Below are positions 26,829-42,269 of a stretch of 64,000 nucleotides of DNA, in pieces (position 1 is the stretch's first letter; each line of letters begins with the position of its first letter). The notes beneath the pieces are model-generated. The model did not search any database and had not been told where the DNA came from. It saw nothing but the letters and a program-made list of their open reading frames with translations. The DNA lies in contig CM119268.1 of the NCBI GenBank assembly GCA_051294375.1, positions 2,975,935-3,039,934 on the forward strand, written 5' to 3'. This DNA comes from Paraspadella gotoi (taxonomy: Eukaryota > Animalia > Chaetognatha). The translations under genes were made by a program, and so were the position numbers.

Positions 26829-27137
26829 TAGAAGAAGAAGAGGCTTTTATGATGACTGGCGAAACAGAACGAGTGAAAGAGAAATCGTTAGTGTGCGATA
26901 GAGAGAGAGACATGACTAAAGAGATTCAAAGTCAAACGGAGACGGGGTTACGACAGACGACCCAAAGAAATAACACCCTTAGTTTTCATTTAGAAGAATT
27001 TAATTCTAGTTACATTTTTTGTAATTAAGTGAGGTGAAAGCGCTGTGAAAGGATCTCACTACAGTAGCAGAAAAGTTGAAAAAGTTTTAAACATTTTTTT
27101 AGAGCAAAGCAGCTAAAAATTTAAAGGCGCACTTACT

Positions 27138-27221
<84 letters not shown>

Positions 27222-28130
27222 GAGGAGAGAGAGAGAAGACTAAATAAGAAAGCAACATGCTCTCACAAGAAAGATCAATTTCGTTTTGAAAAAAGCTTTG
27301 GAAGTCAATGCGCGCCGGTTTTCAGCCCAACGAATTCATTTCCATCCAAATTTTCATTTTCATGAAATTGATTGATTTTTTTCAATATTCAAATTTTTTT
27401 TTTTATATTCATTTTTTCCCGCATAAATGCCGCGTAAAAAAACCATGAAAAAAAACTTGAAGTCCTATTATTTATGTATTTAAATTTTGTCTCAAAGCGA
27501 GAATTGTGGATTTACTTTTTTCAATTGACGTCTGGGCGATGATTCAGTTGAGAGGCCTCGTCGTCGTAGTGATTCTTTATCACCTCATCATCAAATCATC
27601 ATCATCATCATCATTCATCATCATCATCATCAATCATCCGTTTATCGTCCGTCGTCGCGCCGCCGTCGTCGTCGTCGTCGTCCTCATCGTTTTTCGTTTT
27701 CAATCTGATTTTGCTTTTTGATTCGCTCGAGGGATAAACGATTCCCCATTGAGTTCAATGAACGGGTTTTTTTGTGGAGTCAAGTGAAGGAACGACCACG
27801 TCGTGTCGTCGTTATCGTCCTGTCGGTCCGTTGTCATCGTCCAAATCATCCTTCGAGCGCATATTCATGTCCCCTCTTTATTATCATAAACAAAATGAAC
27901 ATAATTAACGGATATATATCATTAATCATCCCCATATAAATGTCTTTGTCGTCAGTATCAATCATCATATCATCATCATCAATCATCAATCATCCATCAA
28001 ATCATCAAAATCAATCTCATCATCATCATCAATGCATCATCATCATTAAAATAATCATTCATGCCTATTAGTATTCGGGTATCAAACCCATAAACTAAAA
28101 TGTCGACTGAACCAAGATTTTTCTCCTCTC

Positions 28131-28178
<48 letters not shown>

Positions 28179-28203
28179 TCTCTCTCTCTCTATCTCTCTC
28201 TCC

Positions 28204-28242
<39 letters not shown>

Positions 28243-28329
28243 CTTTGTGCGCACAAGAAAAGTTATAAAATAAATCACGGTGAAAACGTAAAAACCGCGC
28301 GTGATAACGAATAAAAAGTTAGAGAGAGA

Positions 28330-28389
<60 letters not shown>

Positions 28390-30064
28390 AGAAGAGAGCA
28401 AGAGAGAGAGAGAGAGAGAGAAGAAGGCGAGCACATTCGAATTCACACGGCCAACTTGAAAACAACAAGTACGGTATCGAAGAGAGAAGTAAATATACTC
28501 TTTATTCCCAAGAGTCGCAATTTTATAATCCAAACAAGAAAAAAAAAGAAAGAAATAAAAAGCTAAGTGAAAAATATAAAGCAAATAGATATAAAGCCAA
28601 TCCTTTTCATAGGTGTGCCTGGACAAGAGCGGTTCTTGGCCCTTGCCGCCATTTGTCATTTAGATTAATTTTGTGAATAAAGTAAGTTTTAAAAAAATTT
28701 ACAAATTAAGTAATGAGGCCGGTATAAGTAATTTGGTTCAAGGATCAAGATTCTAGTTCAAAATGATTAAGGTTAAAAAAGGTTAAAGCTAAAGATTAAG
28801 AATTAATATTAAAGATTAGGATTAGAGATTGGGTTAAAAATTTATAAAATATTGAATTAAAATTAACTAAAATTTTGAAAATTGGGCCCTCTGGAAAATA
28901 GTGGCCGCACATCGATTTTATTTTCCGGACCACCCTGTAGGAAAACTCAGATTCTTCAAACTCAAACTGTTTAACGTTTCGATCGGCCGCTCCCATCGCG
29001 TTGGCGAGTCTCGGCGTCTTCCGCGGCAGGTGAAGTTTAGCCCCGGTAAACCTGCAGGACCGCAAATCCAAACTCTAATTTATTTACCCACTGTTTAAAA
29101 AATAACATTGATGAAAATCCTACAATAAATTTCTTTATCGATCAGAGGGATAAAACAACTTTGTTTTTCGACCGTTCCATCTGAAATATTTTTTATTCTT
29201 TCAGAATCGAAGCTTGAAAATGTGTCATCATATCGCCAATTCAAATTTTGACCTCGCTCCCTGAAATTCCTTTCGATTTAATCATTTGACAGTAAAAAAT
29301 CGTCCATTGTTTTTTCGGTTCCTACCTGTCGGTATCCTCCATTGATGGAAAATGTAGTCGTCGCCTTGATTAGTACCTTCAAACCCTTTAAAATGGCAAC
29401 AATTGATTGACAAACCTGAGAAATGTAAAGTGTAAAAGAGATCGATCGTTGGCAGCTTCATCCTTTTGCGAAACATTGACCTAATGACTTTTATATCATG
29501 CATCGTTACAAACATCAAGGTCTTAAATGTTTCGTTCTAATGACTCTCGACTAATGTCATCCAACATTCCTTGAACTTTCCTCATTGCTTAAATCTTTAG
29601 GCACAAAATGAAATCTCCCCCTCGAATCATATATTCCACTTCCACTCCACTACAACTAAAACAAGTTGAAACATGAATAATCTTCTTTCTTATCACCTGA
29701 TGATTCTGAATCTTCAATGCTCATTGCAATTTCTTAAACATCATTATGAATCAATCTCAAACTGCAATCACTTCTTTTTCTGATCTTCCTATTCATTACA
29801 CTTTTTTAAGCAAAATATGAAATCATCCCCTCTCCAATTCACCTCGTGGTCCTGATCTTCCGCCCCACCACCCTGAAGGTGTGTGAGGGCGTGGTGGTAG
29901 ACGTGGACCTTGGGAAGATCCGCTCGACGCCCCCGCGGGGACCCACTTCTTGAGGGCGGTCGTCGTAGGTCATGACGGAGGCTCTGGCCCGCCGCGATCG
30001 AGGCTCGCCTGGAGGAAAGGGGGGTGGAAGGGGGGGAGGAGGGGGGAAGGCAAGAGAGAGAGTA

Positions 30065-30099
<35 letters not shown>

Positions 30100-30600
30100 T
30101 GAGAGAGAAGGAGAGAGAGAGAAGAAGAGGAGAGAGAAAGAAGAGAGAGAGAGAGAGTGTATAGAATAGGAGAGATGGGTGGAATGTGAAAAATAAATAA
30201 TAAAGTTTAAGTTAAAATAAACAATTACTACTATAATAATATACATACAACAAAATCAACAATTATGATAGAACGAAAAGAAAACAAACAAAATAAAAAA
30301 TGATACATGCGCGAACAACTTAAAAAAGCAACAACAAACGAACACAACAATTGGAATAGAACAAACATCGAGAGAAACACGAAAACGAAATAAAAATTCG
30401 GAATCCATATTTCCCTTCGAGATTTGATTATCTGGTTTCGGGTCAGAATAGCGAAGTCAGGGGAGAGAGAAAGAAGAAGTTCCCGAGACCTTTTGTCCAT
30501 TTGGCTCCGACTTTTGTCAAAATCGACCCAATGAGACAGAGAGATAAGGAAAAGCATAATTCGGTTTCATGTGGCGCTTTTAAATCGGGATAATAACAAC

Positions 30601-30641
<41 letters not shown>

Positions 30642-30706
30642 AGAGAGAGAAGAGAGAGAAGAGAGAAGAGAGAGAAGAAAGAAAAAGAAAGAAAGAAGTA
30701 ATAGAC

Positions 30707-30800
<94 letters not shown>

Positions 30801-31170
30801 AGAAGAGACATCTCTACCATGGCAATCTGCATAATCGTCGTCTTCTGCAATTCTCGGCTCGCCTCGCCTTAGCAAAAACGTCGAGCAAGCCAACAGTGCC
30901 TCCCTTCCAGATTCGATTTGGCGCCGCCAGCGCCACTCCGGCCACAGGTTTTTTGTGACCTGTACGCCGATAAAGTCTTGTCCCGCGGATTCGTGATTGC
31001 TTTGGATGCGATGACGTCGACGACGGGAGACACGAAGGGAAGAAAAGCGGCGGCAAAAAGGCAGCGCGACCGCTTCCGACGCGACAGAGTGCGGCGCTGA
31101 GGGGCAGCGGCGTCCAGGAGAGCAGCGCCGGGATCGTGATGCCGCGTGGACGTCGCCGGAGCCGCCGTCG
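23405..31170. repeat. About 7.8 kb near-identical to 33358-41124; second representation of the locus (large exons about 23417-26195, EVH1 exons 28968-30008)
   Basis: Identical ORFs at offset 9953/9954; both copies share the same frameshifting indels relative to 344-1571 and 7430-10345. Confidence 0.95.
28968..30008 (-). CDS. ena: Redundant noisy copy of the three EVH1 exons (29843-30008, 29326-29415, about 28968-29051)
   Basis: ORF fragments RARASVMTYDD, TFRVVGRKI, FHQWR and ANAMGAA; same splice sites as the first copy. Confidence 0.75.
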
Positions 31171-34100
31171 GGGGCGAGTGAGATCCGGAAGGCGAAGAAT
31201 TAATTGGCGACCGCTTCGGAACTGAGTAAGAGGGGAGCAGAAAATAATGATAATTACATTGTCGTAATGTTTCAACTTTTACCAAGGCCCCTTTATTAGA
31301 AATCTACTATTGAAATTACAATTCAATAGGGGCGGCGGGTTCAAAACTTCTAGTCTTAAAGTACTACTTTTAGGTAAAAAAAATTTTTTATAAAAGTTCG
31401 GTTTTTAAAGCTTTTATTGTGTCTATTTAAAATTACAATATTCACTATATAATGATAAAAAAATTTTTTAATCAAATCTTAAACAACTTTTTATGTTTTC
31501 TGCGCAAAATTAACGAAAAAAGTATAAATATATCTGAAAATGATGGATGATGCAATGCAATTATAAATACGTTTTCAAATATTTTTCACATACTTATTAT
31601 GATCAAAATAATCCGAAAAAAAGAATTAATTAACTTTGTGTAGAATCAATTTGGTCAATACTAATGATCTAAAACATCAAACAAATCCAAAACAAAATAT
31701 ATTTAGCACTATTCCTATTATAAAAATAAAAATAAAATATAAATAATATAAAATAAGGAAGAATAATAGAGAGTAATATAAAAAATTTTGTCTATTCAAA
31801 TATTTTTTAAAATGTCGCTAACATGCTTTCGTTTCGAGCAGCGTGCCTGAATATCGCAATTTTCTTAAACCCCTTTAACTGAGTTAGTCTCCCCCCTAGC
31901 GGCTTATTTTAAATTCTTAGAAACGATAATATAAGTAATTATAGGGTGACGATTATCATTTTCTTAAAAAAAAGTTTTTTTTATAATATTCGCCATGTCT
32001 CGCAATAATTATGACCACTATTCAAATGGGCATCGAATGAGCCCCCCACTCTCTATGGACAAAGATCCTACTTTTCCACTTTCCCTGGACGCTTCCCCCG
32101 TATCGACCTTTTCACCACTCATTCGGAGCCCATACCCCCCATTCCACCATCCCACCTCCCCCCTGCCCCCTTACTCTCATTCTCACAGAACCCAAATCCT
32201 TTAAGGCGACGCGAAACTTTCGACCGAAACCGTTAATTGCAAACCTAAAATTCTCGTACAGTTAATTCATTTCTTTGGATTTTCAGTACTTTCCCCTCTT
32301 TTTTTTTGTCTTTCTGTTTCATCTTATCTCTCTTCTTTCTTCTCTCTCTTCTCCTCTCTCTCTCTACCTTATCTCCTCTCCGATCTCTCTCTCTCTCTCT
32401 CTCTCTCTGCTTTCTTCGCCTCATGTTATCTCTCTCCCCCAAAAAAAAAAAACCTTACGCAAAAATCTTTCCGTTCACCGCGAGCAAATATTTTATTTCC
32501 GTTTTATCATAAAAAGCAGGAAGCTCCACTTACGAATCATATTCATCTACTACATCTAAGAATGTTGAACGTGACCCATCCTGTGAACCAAGAAACGTAA
32601 GAAGGGCCTCAGGCAATGGCTCGACAAAGTTGTTAACATTTCAATCATATTAGAATATTAATTGACATTAAATGGAAATGGTAGTTTAGTTAAAAAGGTT
32701 AGATACACTTTACAGATACCAATTACATACAGTGGACAAAAACAGGATTTGTGCATAAAGTTCACTTTGAGTCCCGTTGGCTCGAATCATCGTGATTGCG
32801 TTTTGACATTAATCTCTCATCATACTCTCTCTCTCTCGTCTCTCCTCTCTCATCCTCTCTCTCTCATCTCTCCTTGCTCTCTCTCTCTCTCATCTCTCTC
32901 TGTTCCGCTCGAACAAGAGGCTCGTCTAGGACCCCAAGCGTACAAAGGTACTCATGACTCATTGTGTGAATTTGAAGGTCGAACTAAGCAACCAAAAAAC
33001 GGTCACAGAACGCGTCCTAGAGTAAACTTCTCCTCTGCACCCTCCGCCCCCCCCCTGGCACCCGTAAAAAAACTCCAAAAACCGNNNNNNNNNNNNNNNN
33101 NNNNNNNNNCCGCGCGCATTTGTTGTTTTTTTTCTCTTTAGTCTGGGTCATTCCGCCCGCTTTGCCATCGCAAGGTCACCCGTTCGAATCCCTCAAGCGC
33201 AAAAATAGAGTTTTCAAAACCAGAAAAACACTTGGGATTTTTTTTTGGGGGGGGGAGTGGGCGGGGGGAGTTGAATATCGAAACAACGAAGCATAAACGA
33301 ATTTGTTGTTTCGTATTCAGTTTTATGGGCACAATAGTTTCGTTTTTTTTTGTTGTAAAGAGAGAGATGCTTGGCAGAAGCTTGGCGCCAGTTCCCTTGC
33401 AGCACTCCGAGAAGCTGTCTTTGTTGATCCATCGTTTGGAGGCTTTCAACTGCCTCGTTCCTTCCGACTCGGCCGTCGACGACCCTTTCCCGAAGAAGAC
33501 GCGACGCCAACATCTCTCTCGAAGTTGGAAGGAATCTAAGCTTCAAGCTCTTTCCATGACGGTCCCCGAATGTCTCGCGATGCTTGGCTTTGAATCTCAG
33601 CGCGGGTTTCGGGTTCGGAGTTCTCCGCCATGGTCGAACTCGCGCTAGGGGTGTCAGGCCGCCATGAGTCGTATCCGGGCGGGATCGACGTTGATCCTTC
33701 TCAGAGTGTTCGTAAGATTGTCCCGTGTGATCACACCTCGTTTCTGACGTAATGATCGATCCATCTGTCCGCTCGATCGGGCGCCTCTGCCGAAACGATG
33801 AATCTCACGCGGCGTATCCGTTTCCCGCCTCCGCCGCTGCTGCCTGCTGCTGCCGCTGCTGCCGCCCGCCACTGCCGCGGGAATCTATCGAACCTCCTAT
33901 GAGTCCCCTCCCCTCGCTCCAAGCGGTCGTAAGTTGCCTCGGCTCGTCCCAGAGGGTCCGCCGAAGCCTCTCGTCGATAGCCTCAACGACTCGGGTGTTG
34001 ATGGCTGACGAGGCAATTCGGCGATCCAACGGAGCTTCTTCGGTCCCAAACCTCCGAAAGGCCTCGCCGGAGTCGGGCGAGGACGAAGAGCCAATCTTGG

Positions 34101-36700
34101 TCGAGCGATTCGGCCCAATGGAGAGAGCGTGCTGTAAACGTTTCTTGATCCTTGAGCCCGGACGTGCTTCTTGAAGGGCGGTTCCAACTCGCCCGACACC
34201 ACCGTCCCTGCAGACCTGCGGTCGACGCCAGCGGCGAATAATCGTTGCGCTGCACGTGCTGGCTGCCGATGGCGCCCGGATGAGGATGTCGAGAGGCGGA
34301 AAGAAGGAGGAAGGAGTTTTCCTGAGGCCGGGGATGCAGCGCCGGCGGCCCTGGCTCCCGCTGCAGCTACGTAATGAGCAGGTGTTTGGATTTTTTCCCG
34401 TGATGCCTCGTACGGAGGCGACCCGCCGACAGAAGGAGGCGAATCTAAAAAAGGTTTGAGAGGCGCGAAGTGACTCGGTCCACGGAGCATTCCACGATCA
34501 TCGGGGAATTGATTCTGCGAATATTGAGAGGCTTCTTGTCCCGATGGAGTCTTTTGGTTTTTATTTCGATCGCCTTCGTCGCTCTTCGTGTGGTACTCCC
34601 GGCGTCCAAGGTTCGTCCCTCCTCCTCTTCTCCTCTTTCCTCTTCTTTCCTCTTCCGTTCCCAACTCGTCTGTCGGCGCCATCGGTCGACGACCCGCTTC
34701 CGGTGTGGCTCGTTTTGAACACCTCTCCCTCGAGCTTCCTCCTTCGTTTCCCTTTCTTGCTCTCTCGCCGCCCGAACTTCGCGTAACCTCCGTTTACCAT
34801 GGCAACCAGCGGGCTTGGATCGCGACGCCGGAATGACCGACGGTAACCTTGGCTCCGTCTTCTTCCCAACTGCTTCGTCCCTGACCGATCTCCGCCCTTG
34901 ATCGAAGGTTTTGAAAGGCGCGGGGAAATCCTCCGGATCTCCTGACAGACCCCGACTTTGACGGGTTTTTGGGAGCGTCGACGTCTTCGGAGTCCGTTCC
35001 CTTGGAGGAGGAGCGATGAGACCTTCGGGCCTTCCGGTTGTTGTTGACGTTTTGGCCGAGAGTTTGAATGAAAACGGAAGAATGATTGACGCGTGAGCGA
35101 GGACGCTTTGAGGATGAAAGAGGAGTGGTGCTCGGATAGACGGCGAAAGAGAATGAGAACCGTTGTCGTCGTTGTCCCGCCTCCTCCAGCTTTCTCTGCT
35201 GATCCCTGCGGAGATCCGGCTCGGCAAGAATCGATAGAACCCGTCCTAATCAAGCGGACTGCTGCTGAAGATGCAATTGCAATCCTGCTGCGGGCGTCCT
35301 GCGGCGTTCGTCGGACTCCGAGGCCGGACTTCCTGAGGCGCCGCTGCGGCGTCGGGTGACCGTCGTCGCGGCGCCGCGGATTTCCCGTTTCCGAGTCCGA
35401 ACGACGCCTGACGAGACCAGGGTGGCGTTGGTCGGTCGGGGCGTGGCTAGGCGGTGAAAGGGAGAAAAATACCGGGGTAATTGCTTTTAATATTATTTGC
35501 GATTTAGTTTGAGTGGTTCATTCTTATTTTAATACAATACCTATAATAACGTGACTTGCTGAAAACTCGTGTCTTCCATTCCTCCATATTCGAATCATCC
35601 CCATCTTTCGCCACCCTCCACCCTCCCTACCACCTCCACCGCTCCCGCCATCCTCCATCCACCCCTCCGCACACGCTCCCCGTCCTCTACGAAGCCTCCG
35701 ATCGACTCCCGTAGTAATGTCCCGCTGCGGCGTGCCGCGCTGGCGACCGTTCCTTCGCTGCGCTCCTGCTGCAGCTGCGTTTTGGAAACTCCTGCCGCTG
35801 CTTGCAACTGCCGCTGCAGCGTCTGGCGGGCCGCGGCCTTTTTCCTCGAAGGCGTCGTCCGAGGATTCCTCGAGAGGAACGCTGCTTTGTAGCGATGGAC
35901 GCGGCGACGCCGCTCTTCGCCCCGCCTCGCCGTCCGATTCCGTCGAGAGGGATCGACGCAGCTGCGGGCGAGGCGGCGTCGCGCGCCGGAAATTGACGGC
36001 GGAGGCTGCGGCGGAGCCTGCCGGCGGCGTCGTCGTCCCAACACGACGAAAGGGGGCGCCGCGGAAAAGAGTGTCGCTAGAGGCGCTCCCTCTTGTGGGA
36101 GGTGATCTTGATGGGGATGACGCGGGGACATGATGGACTGTGGGCTGGACGAAGAGAGGAGGGGATGCGAGGTAAGTATTAAGGAAGGTAAAGGAGCGGT
36201 TGACAAGGTGCAGTGAGTCGTTAGGTGAGCGGATTAGCGGTTGATGAAGAGAGATGAACGGAGTTAAGAGCTACGTCCGATGAAGTAACGTTAACAGCGC
36301 TGGAGCCGATGAAAAAATTCGCTCGCAGCGAAGAAGAGGTCTTCTTAAATAGTAAGTATGAGTTTAGAGGCGCGGCCTCTCAGGTCTCAGAGACTTTTTC
36401 GAGGTCCAAAAGGGTTTTTTTCAAGTTCCTTCTTTTGATTTTCTCAGTTTAAATATTTATATGAACGATTTCATTTCTTTTGAATCGTGATTCATCCTTC
36501 GTTTTGGATTCATTCGAATCCTGGAATCCGAATGATTTGTTACAATATTTTATAGTTTAGCTTTGAAAAAAAAATAAATTGAGGAAAAAAAAGCAAAAAT
36601 AAATCTAACGCTTTCCGTCGGAGAAGCAAAGAGAAAAGGGCTGCAGTCCACAATGCGGTCGACTAATCGCTTGGTTGATTCAAAGCAGGAGAGAGAGAGA

Positions 36701-36782
<82 letters not shown>

Positions 36783-37091
36783 TAGAAGAAGAAGAGGCTT
36801 TTATGATGACTGGCGAAACAGAACGAGTGAAAGAGAAATCGTTAGTGTGCGATAGAGAGAGAGACATGACTAAAGAGATTCAAAGTCAAACGGAGACGGG
36901 GTTACGACAGACGACCCAAAGAAATAACACCCTTAGTTTTCATTTAGAAGAATTTAATTCTAGTTACATTTTTTGTAATTAAGTGAGGTGAAAGCGCTGT
37001 GAAAGGATCTCACTACAGTAGCAGAAAAGTTGAAAAAGTTTTAAACATTTTTTTAGAGCAAAGCAGCTAAAAATTTAAAGGCGCACTTACT

Positions 37092-37175
<84 letters not shown>

Positions 37176-38084
37176 GAGGAGAGAGAGAGAAGACTAAATA
37201 AGAAAGCAACATGCTCTCACAAGAAAGATCAATTTCGTTTTGAAAAAAGCTTTGGAAGTCAATGCGCGCCGGTTTTCAGCCCAACGAATTCATTTCCATC
37301 CAAATTTTCATTTTCATGAAATTGATTGATTTTTTTCAATATTCAAATTTTTTTTTTTATATTCATTTTTTCCCGCATAAATGCCGCGTAAAAAAACCAT
37401 GAAAAAAAACTTGAAGTCCTATTATTTATGTATTTAAATTTTGTCTCAAAGCGAGAATTGTGGATTTACTTTTTTCAATTGACGTCTGGGCGATGATTCA
37501 GTTGAGAGGCCTCGTCGTCGTAGTGATTCTTTATCACCTCATCATCAAATCATCATCATCATCATCATTCATCATCATCATCATCAATCATCCGTTTATC
37601 GTCCGTCGTCGCGCCGCCGTCGTCGTCGTCGTCGTCCTCATCGTTTTTCGTTTTCAATCTGATTTTGCTTTTTGATTCGCTCGAGGGATAAACGATTCCC
37701 CATTGAGTTCAATGAACGGGTTTTTTTGTGGAGTCAAGTGAAGGAACGACCACGTCGTGTCGTCGTTATCGTCCTGTCGGTCCGTTGTCATCGTCCAAAT
37801 CATCCTTCGAGCGCATATTCATGTCCCCTCTTTATTATCATAAACAAAATGAACATAATTAACGGATATATATCATTAATCATCCCCATATAAATGTCTT
37901 TGTCGTCAGTATCAATCATCATATCATCATCATCAATCATCAATCATCCATCAAATCATCAAAATCAATCTCATCATCATCATCAATGCATCATCATCAT
38001 TAAAATAATCATTCATGCCTATTAGTATTCGGGTATCAAACCCATAAACTAAAATGTCGACTGAACCAAGATTTTTCTCCTCTC

Positions 38085-38132
<48 letters not shown>

Positions 38133-38157
38133 TCTCTCTCTCTCTATCTCTCTCTCC

Positions 38158-38196
<39 letters not shown>

Positions 38197-38283
38197 CTTT
38201 GTGCGCACAAGAAAAGTTATAAAATAAATCACGGTGAAAACGTAAAAACCGCGCGTGATAACGAATAAAAAGTTAGAGAGAGA

Positions 38284-38343
<60 letters not shown>

Positions 38344-38921
38344 AGAAGAGAGCAAGAGAGAGAGAGAGAGAGAGAAGAAGGCGAGCACATTCGAATTCAC
38401 ACGGCCAACTTGAAAACAACAAGTACGGTATCGAAGAGAGAAGTAAATATACTCTTTATTCCCAAGAGTCGCAATTTTATAATCCAAACAAGAAAAAAAA
38501 AGAAAGAAATAAAAAGCTAAGTGAAAAATATAAAGCAAATAGATATAAAGCCAATCCTTTTCATAGGTGTGCCTGGACAAGAGCGGTTCTTGGCCCTTGC
38601 CGCCATTTGTCATTTAGATTAATTTTGTGAATAAAGTAAGTTTTAAAAAAATTTACAAATTAAGTAATGAGGCCGGTATAAGTAATTTGGTTCAAGGATC
38701 AAGATTCTAGTTCAAAATGATTAAGGTTAAAAAAGGTTAAAGCTAAAGATTAAGAATTAATATTAAAGATTAGGATTAGAGATTGGGTTAAAAATTTATA
38801 AAATATTGAATTAAAATTAACTAAAATTTTGAAAATTGGGCCCTCTGGAAAATAGTGGCCGCACATCGATTTTATTTTCCGGACCACCCTGTAGGAAAAC
38901 TCAGATTCTTCAAACTCAAAC

Positions 38922-39962
38922 TGTTTAACGTTTCGATCGGCCGCTCCCATCGCGTTGGCGAGTCTCGGCGTCTTCCGCGGCAGGTGAAGTTTAGCCCCGG
39001 TAAACCTGCAGGACCGCAAATCCAAACTCTAATTTATTTACCCACTGTTTAAAAAATAACATTGATGAAAATCCTACAATAAATTTCTTTATCGATCAGA
39101 GGGATAAAACAACTTTGTTTTTCGACCGTTCCATCTGAAATATTTTTTATTCTTTCAGAATCGAAGCTTGAAAATGTGTCATCATATCGCCAATTCAAAT
39201 TTTGACCTCGCTCCCTGAAATTCCTTTCGATTTAATCATTTGACAGTAAAAAATCGTCCATTGTTTTTTCGGTTCCTACCTGTCGGTATCCTCCATTGAT
39301 GGAAAATGTAGTCGTCGCCTTGATTAGTACCTTCAAACCCTTTAAAATGGCAACAATTGATTGACAAACCTGAGAAATGTAAAGTGTAAAAGAGATCGAT
39401 CGTTGGCAGCTTCATCCTTTTGCGAAACATTGACCTAATGACTTTTATATCATGCATCGTTACAAACATCAAGGTCTTAAATGTTTCGTTCTAATGACTC
39501 TCGACTAATGTCATCCAACATTCCTTGAACTTTCCTCATTGCTTAAATCTTTAGGCACAAAATGAAATCTCCCCCTCGAATCATATATTCCACTTCCACT
39601 CCACTACAACTAAAACAAGTTGAAACATGAATAATCTTCTTTCTTATCACCTGATGATTCTGAATCTTCAATGCTCATTGCAATTTCTTAAACATCATTA
39701 TGAATCAATCTCAAACTGCAATCACTTCTTTTTCTGATCTTCCTATTCATTACACTTTTTTAAGCAAAATATGAAATCATCCCCTCTCCAATTCACCTCG
39801 TGGTCCTGATCTTCCGCCCCACCACCCTGAAGGTGTGTGAGGGCGTGGTGGTAGACGTGGACCTTGGGAAGATCCGCTCGACGCCCCCGCGGGGACCCAC
39901 TTCTTGAGGGCGGTCGTCGTAGGTCATGACGGAGGCTCTGGCCCGCCGCGATCGAGGCTCGC
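38922..39962 (-). CDS. ena: Redundant noisy copy of the three EVH1 exons (39797-39962, 39280-39369, about 38922-39005)
   Basis: Identical to 28968-30008. Confidence 0.75.
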
Positions 39963-40018
39963 CTGGAGGAAAGGGGGGTGGAAGGGGGGGAGGAGGGGGG
40001 AAGGCAAGAGAGAGAGTA

Positions 40019-40053
<35 letters not shown>

Positions 40054-40554
40054 TGAGAGAGAAGGAGAGAGAGAGAAGAAGAGGAGAGAGAAAGAAGAGA
40101 GAGAGAGAGAGTGTATAGAATAGGAGAGATGGGTGGAATGTGAAAAATAAATAATAAAGTTTAAGTTAAAATAAACAATTACTACTATAATAATATACAT
40201 ACAACAAAATCAACAATTATGATAGAACGAAAAGAAAACAAACAAAATAAAAAATGATACATGCGCGAACAACTTAAAAAAGCAACAACAAACGAACACA
40301 ACAATTGGAATAGAACAAACATCGAGAGAAACACGAAAACGAAATAAAAATTCGGAATCCATATTTCCCTTCGAGATTTGATTATCTGGTTTCGGGTCAG
40401 AATAGCGAAGTCAGGGGAGAGAGAAAGAAGAAGTTCCCGAGACCTTTTGTCCATTTGGCTCCGACTTTTGTCAAAATCGACCCAATGAGACAGAGAGATA
40501 AGGAAAAGCATAATTCGGTTTCATGTGGCGCTTTTAAATCGGGATAATAACAAC

Positions 40555-40595
<41 letters not shown>

Positions 40596-40660
40596 AGAGA
40601 GAGAAGAGAGAGAAGAGAGAAGAGAGAGAAGAAAGAAAAAGAAAGAAAGAAGTAATAGAC

Positions 40661-40754
<94 letters not shown>

Positions 40755-42236
40755 AGAAGAGACATCTCTACCATGGCAATCTGCATAATCGTCGTCTTCT
40801 GCAATTCTCGGCTCGCCTCGCCTTAGCAAAAACGTCGAGCAAGCCAACAGTGCCTCCCTTCCAGATTCGATTTGGCGCCGCCAGCGCCACTCCGGCCACA
40901 GGTTTTTTGTGACCTGTACGCCGATAAAGTCTTGTCCCGCGGATTCGTGATTGCTTTGGATGCGATGACGTCGACGACGGGAGACACGAAGGGAAGAAAA
41001 GCGGCGGCAAAAAGGCAGCGCGACCGCTTCCGACGCGACAGAGTGCGGCGCTGAGGGGCAGCGGCGTCCAGGAGAGCAGCGCCGGGATCGTGATGCCGCG
41101 TGGACGTCGCCGGAGCCGCCGTCGGGGCGCGAGTGAGATCCGGAAGGCGAAGAATATGGCGACCGCTCGGACTTGAGAAGAGGGGAGAGAAAATAATGAT
41201 AATTAACATTGTCGTAATGTTTCAATTTACCAAGGCCCTTTATTAGAAATCTACTATGAAATTAAATTCAATAGGGGCGGGGGTTCAAAACTTTAGTCTT
41301 AAAGTCTACTTTTAGGTAAAAAAAGATTTTTTTTAAAAGTTCGGTTAAGCTTTTATTTGTTCTATTTAAAATTACAATATTACTATATAATGATAAAAAA
41401 TTTTTTAATCAATCTTAACCTTTTTTTGATGTTTTCTGGTCAAAATTAAGAAAAAAGTATAAAATATCGAAAAATGATGATGATGATGCATTATAAATAG
41501 TTTTCAATATTTTTCACATACCTTATGATCAAAATATCGAAAAAAAGAATTAATACTTTGTGTAGACAACTTTTGCAAGCTACCTGAATCTGATCTTAAA
41601 AATCAAAAAATCCAAAACAAATTTTTAGCCTTTACCTATTTATAAATAAATATTAAAAAATTAATATAATGGAGTATGGAGTAATATAAAAAATTTTGTC
41701 TATTCAAAATTTTTTAAAAATGTCTAAATTTTCGTTTGAGCAGGTGCTGAATTCAATTTCTTAAACCCCTTACTGAGTTAGTCTCCCCCCTACGGCCTTT
41801 ATTTTAAATTCTTAGAAACGATAATAAATAAGTAATTATAGGGTGAGATATCATTTTCTAAAAAAAGTTTTTTTTATAAATTGTCATGTCTCGAATAATT
41901 TGACCCACTGATTCAAAGTGGGCATCGAATGAGCCCCCCCTCTCTATGACAAAGACTCCTTACTTTCCCACTTTCCCTGGACGCTCCCTACCCTGCCATC
42001 GATCCCATTTTTCAGCACACCAACCCTCTCATTTCGGAGCCCAACCCCCCATCCACCATCCACCATCCCCCCCTGCCCCCTTACTCTCATTCTCCAAACC
42101 CAAATCCTTAAGCGACGCGAAACTTCGACGTTAATTGCAAACCTAAAATTCTCGTCGTAATTCATTTCTTTGGATTTTAGTAAACTTTCCCCTTTTTTTT
42201 ATTTTTCTGTTCTCTCTTGTTCTTCTTCTATCTCTC

Positions 42237-42269
<33 letters not shown>

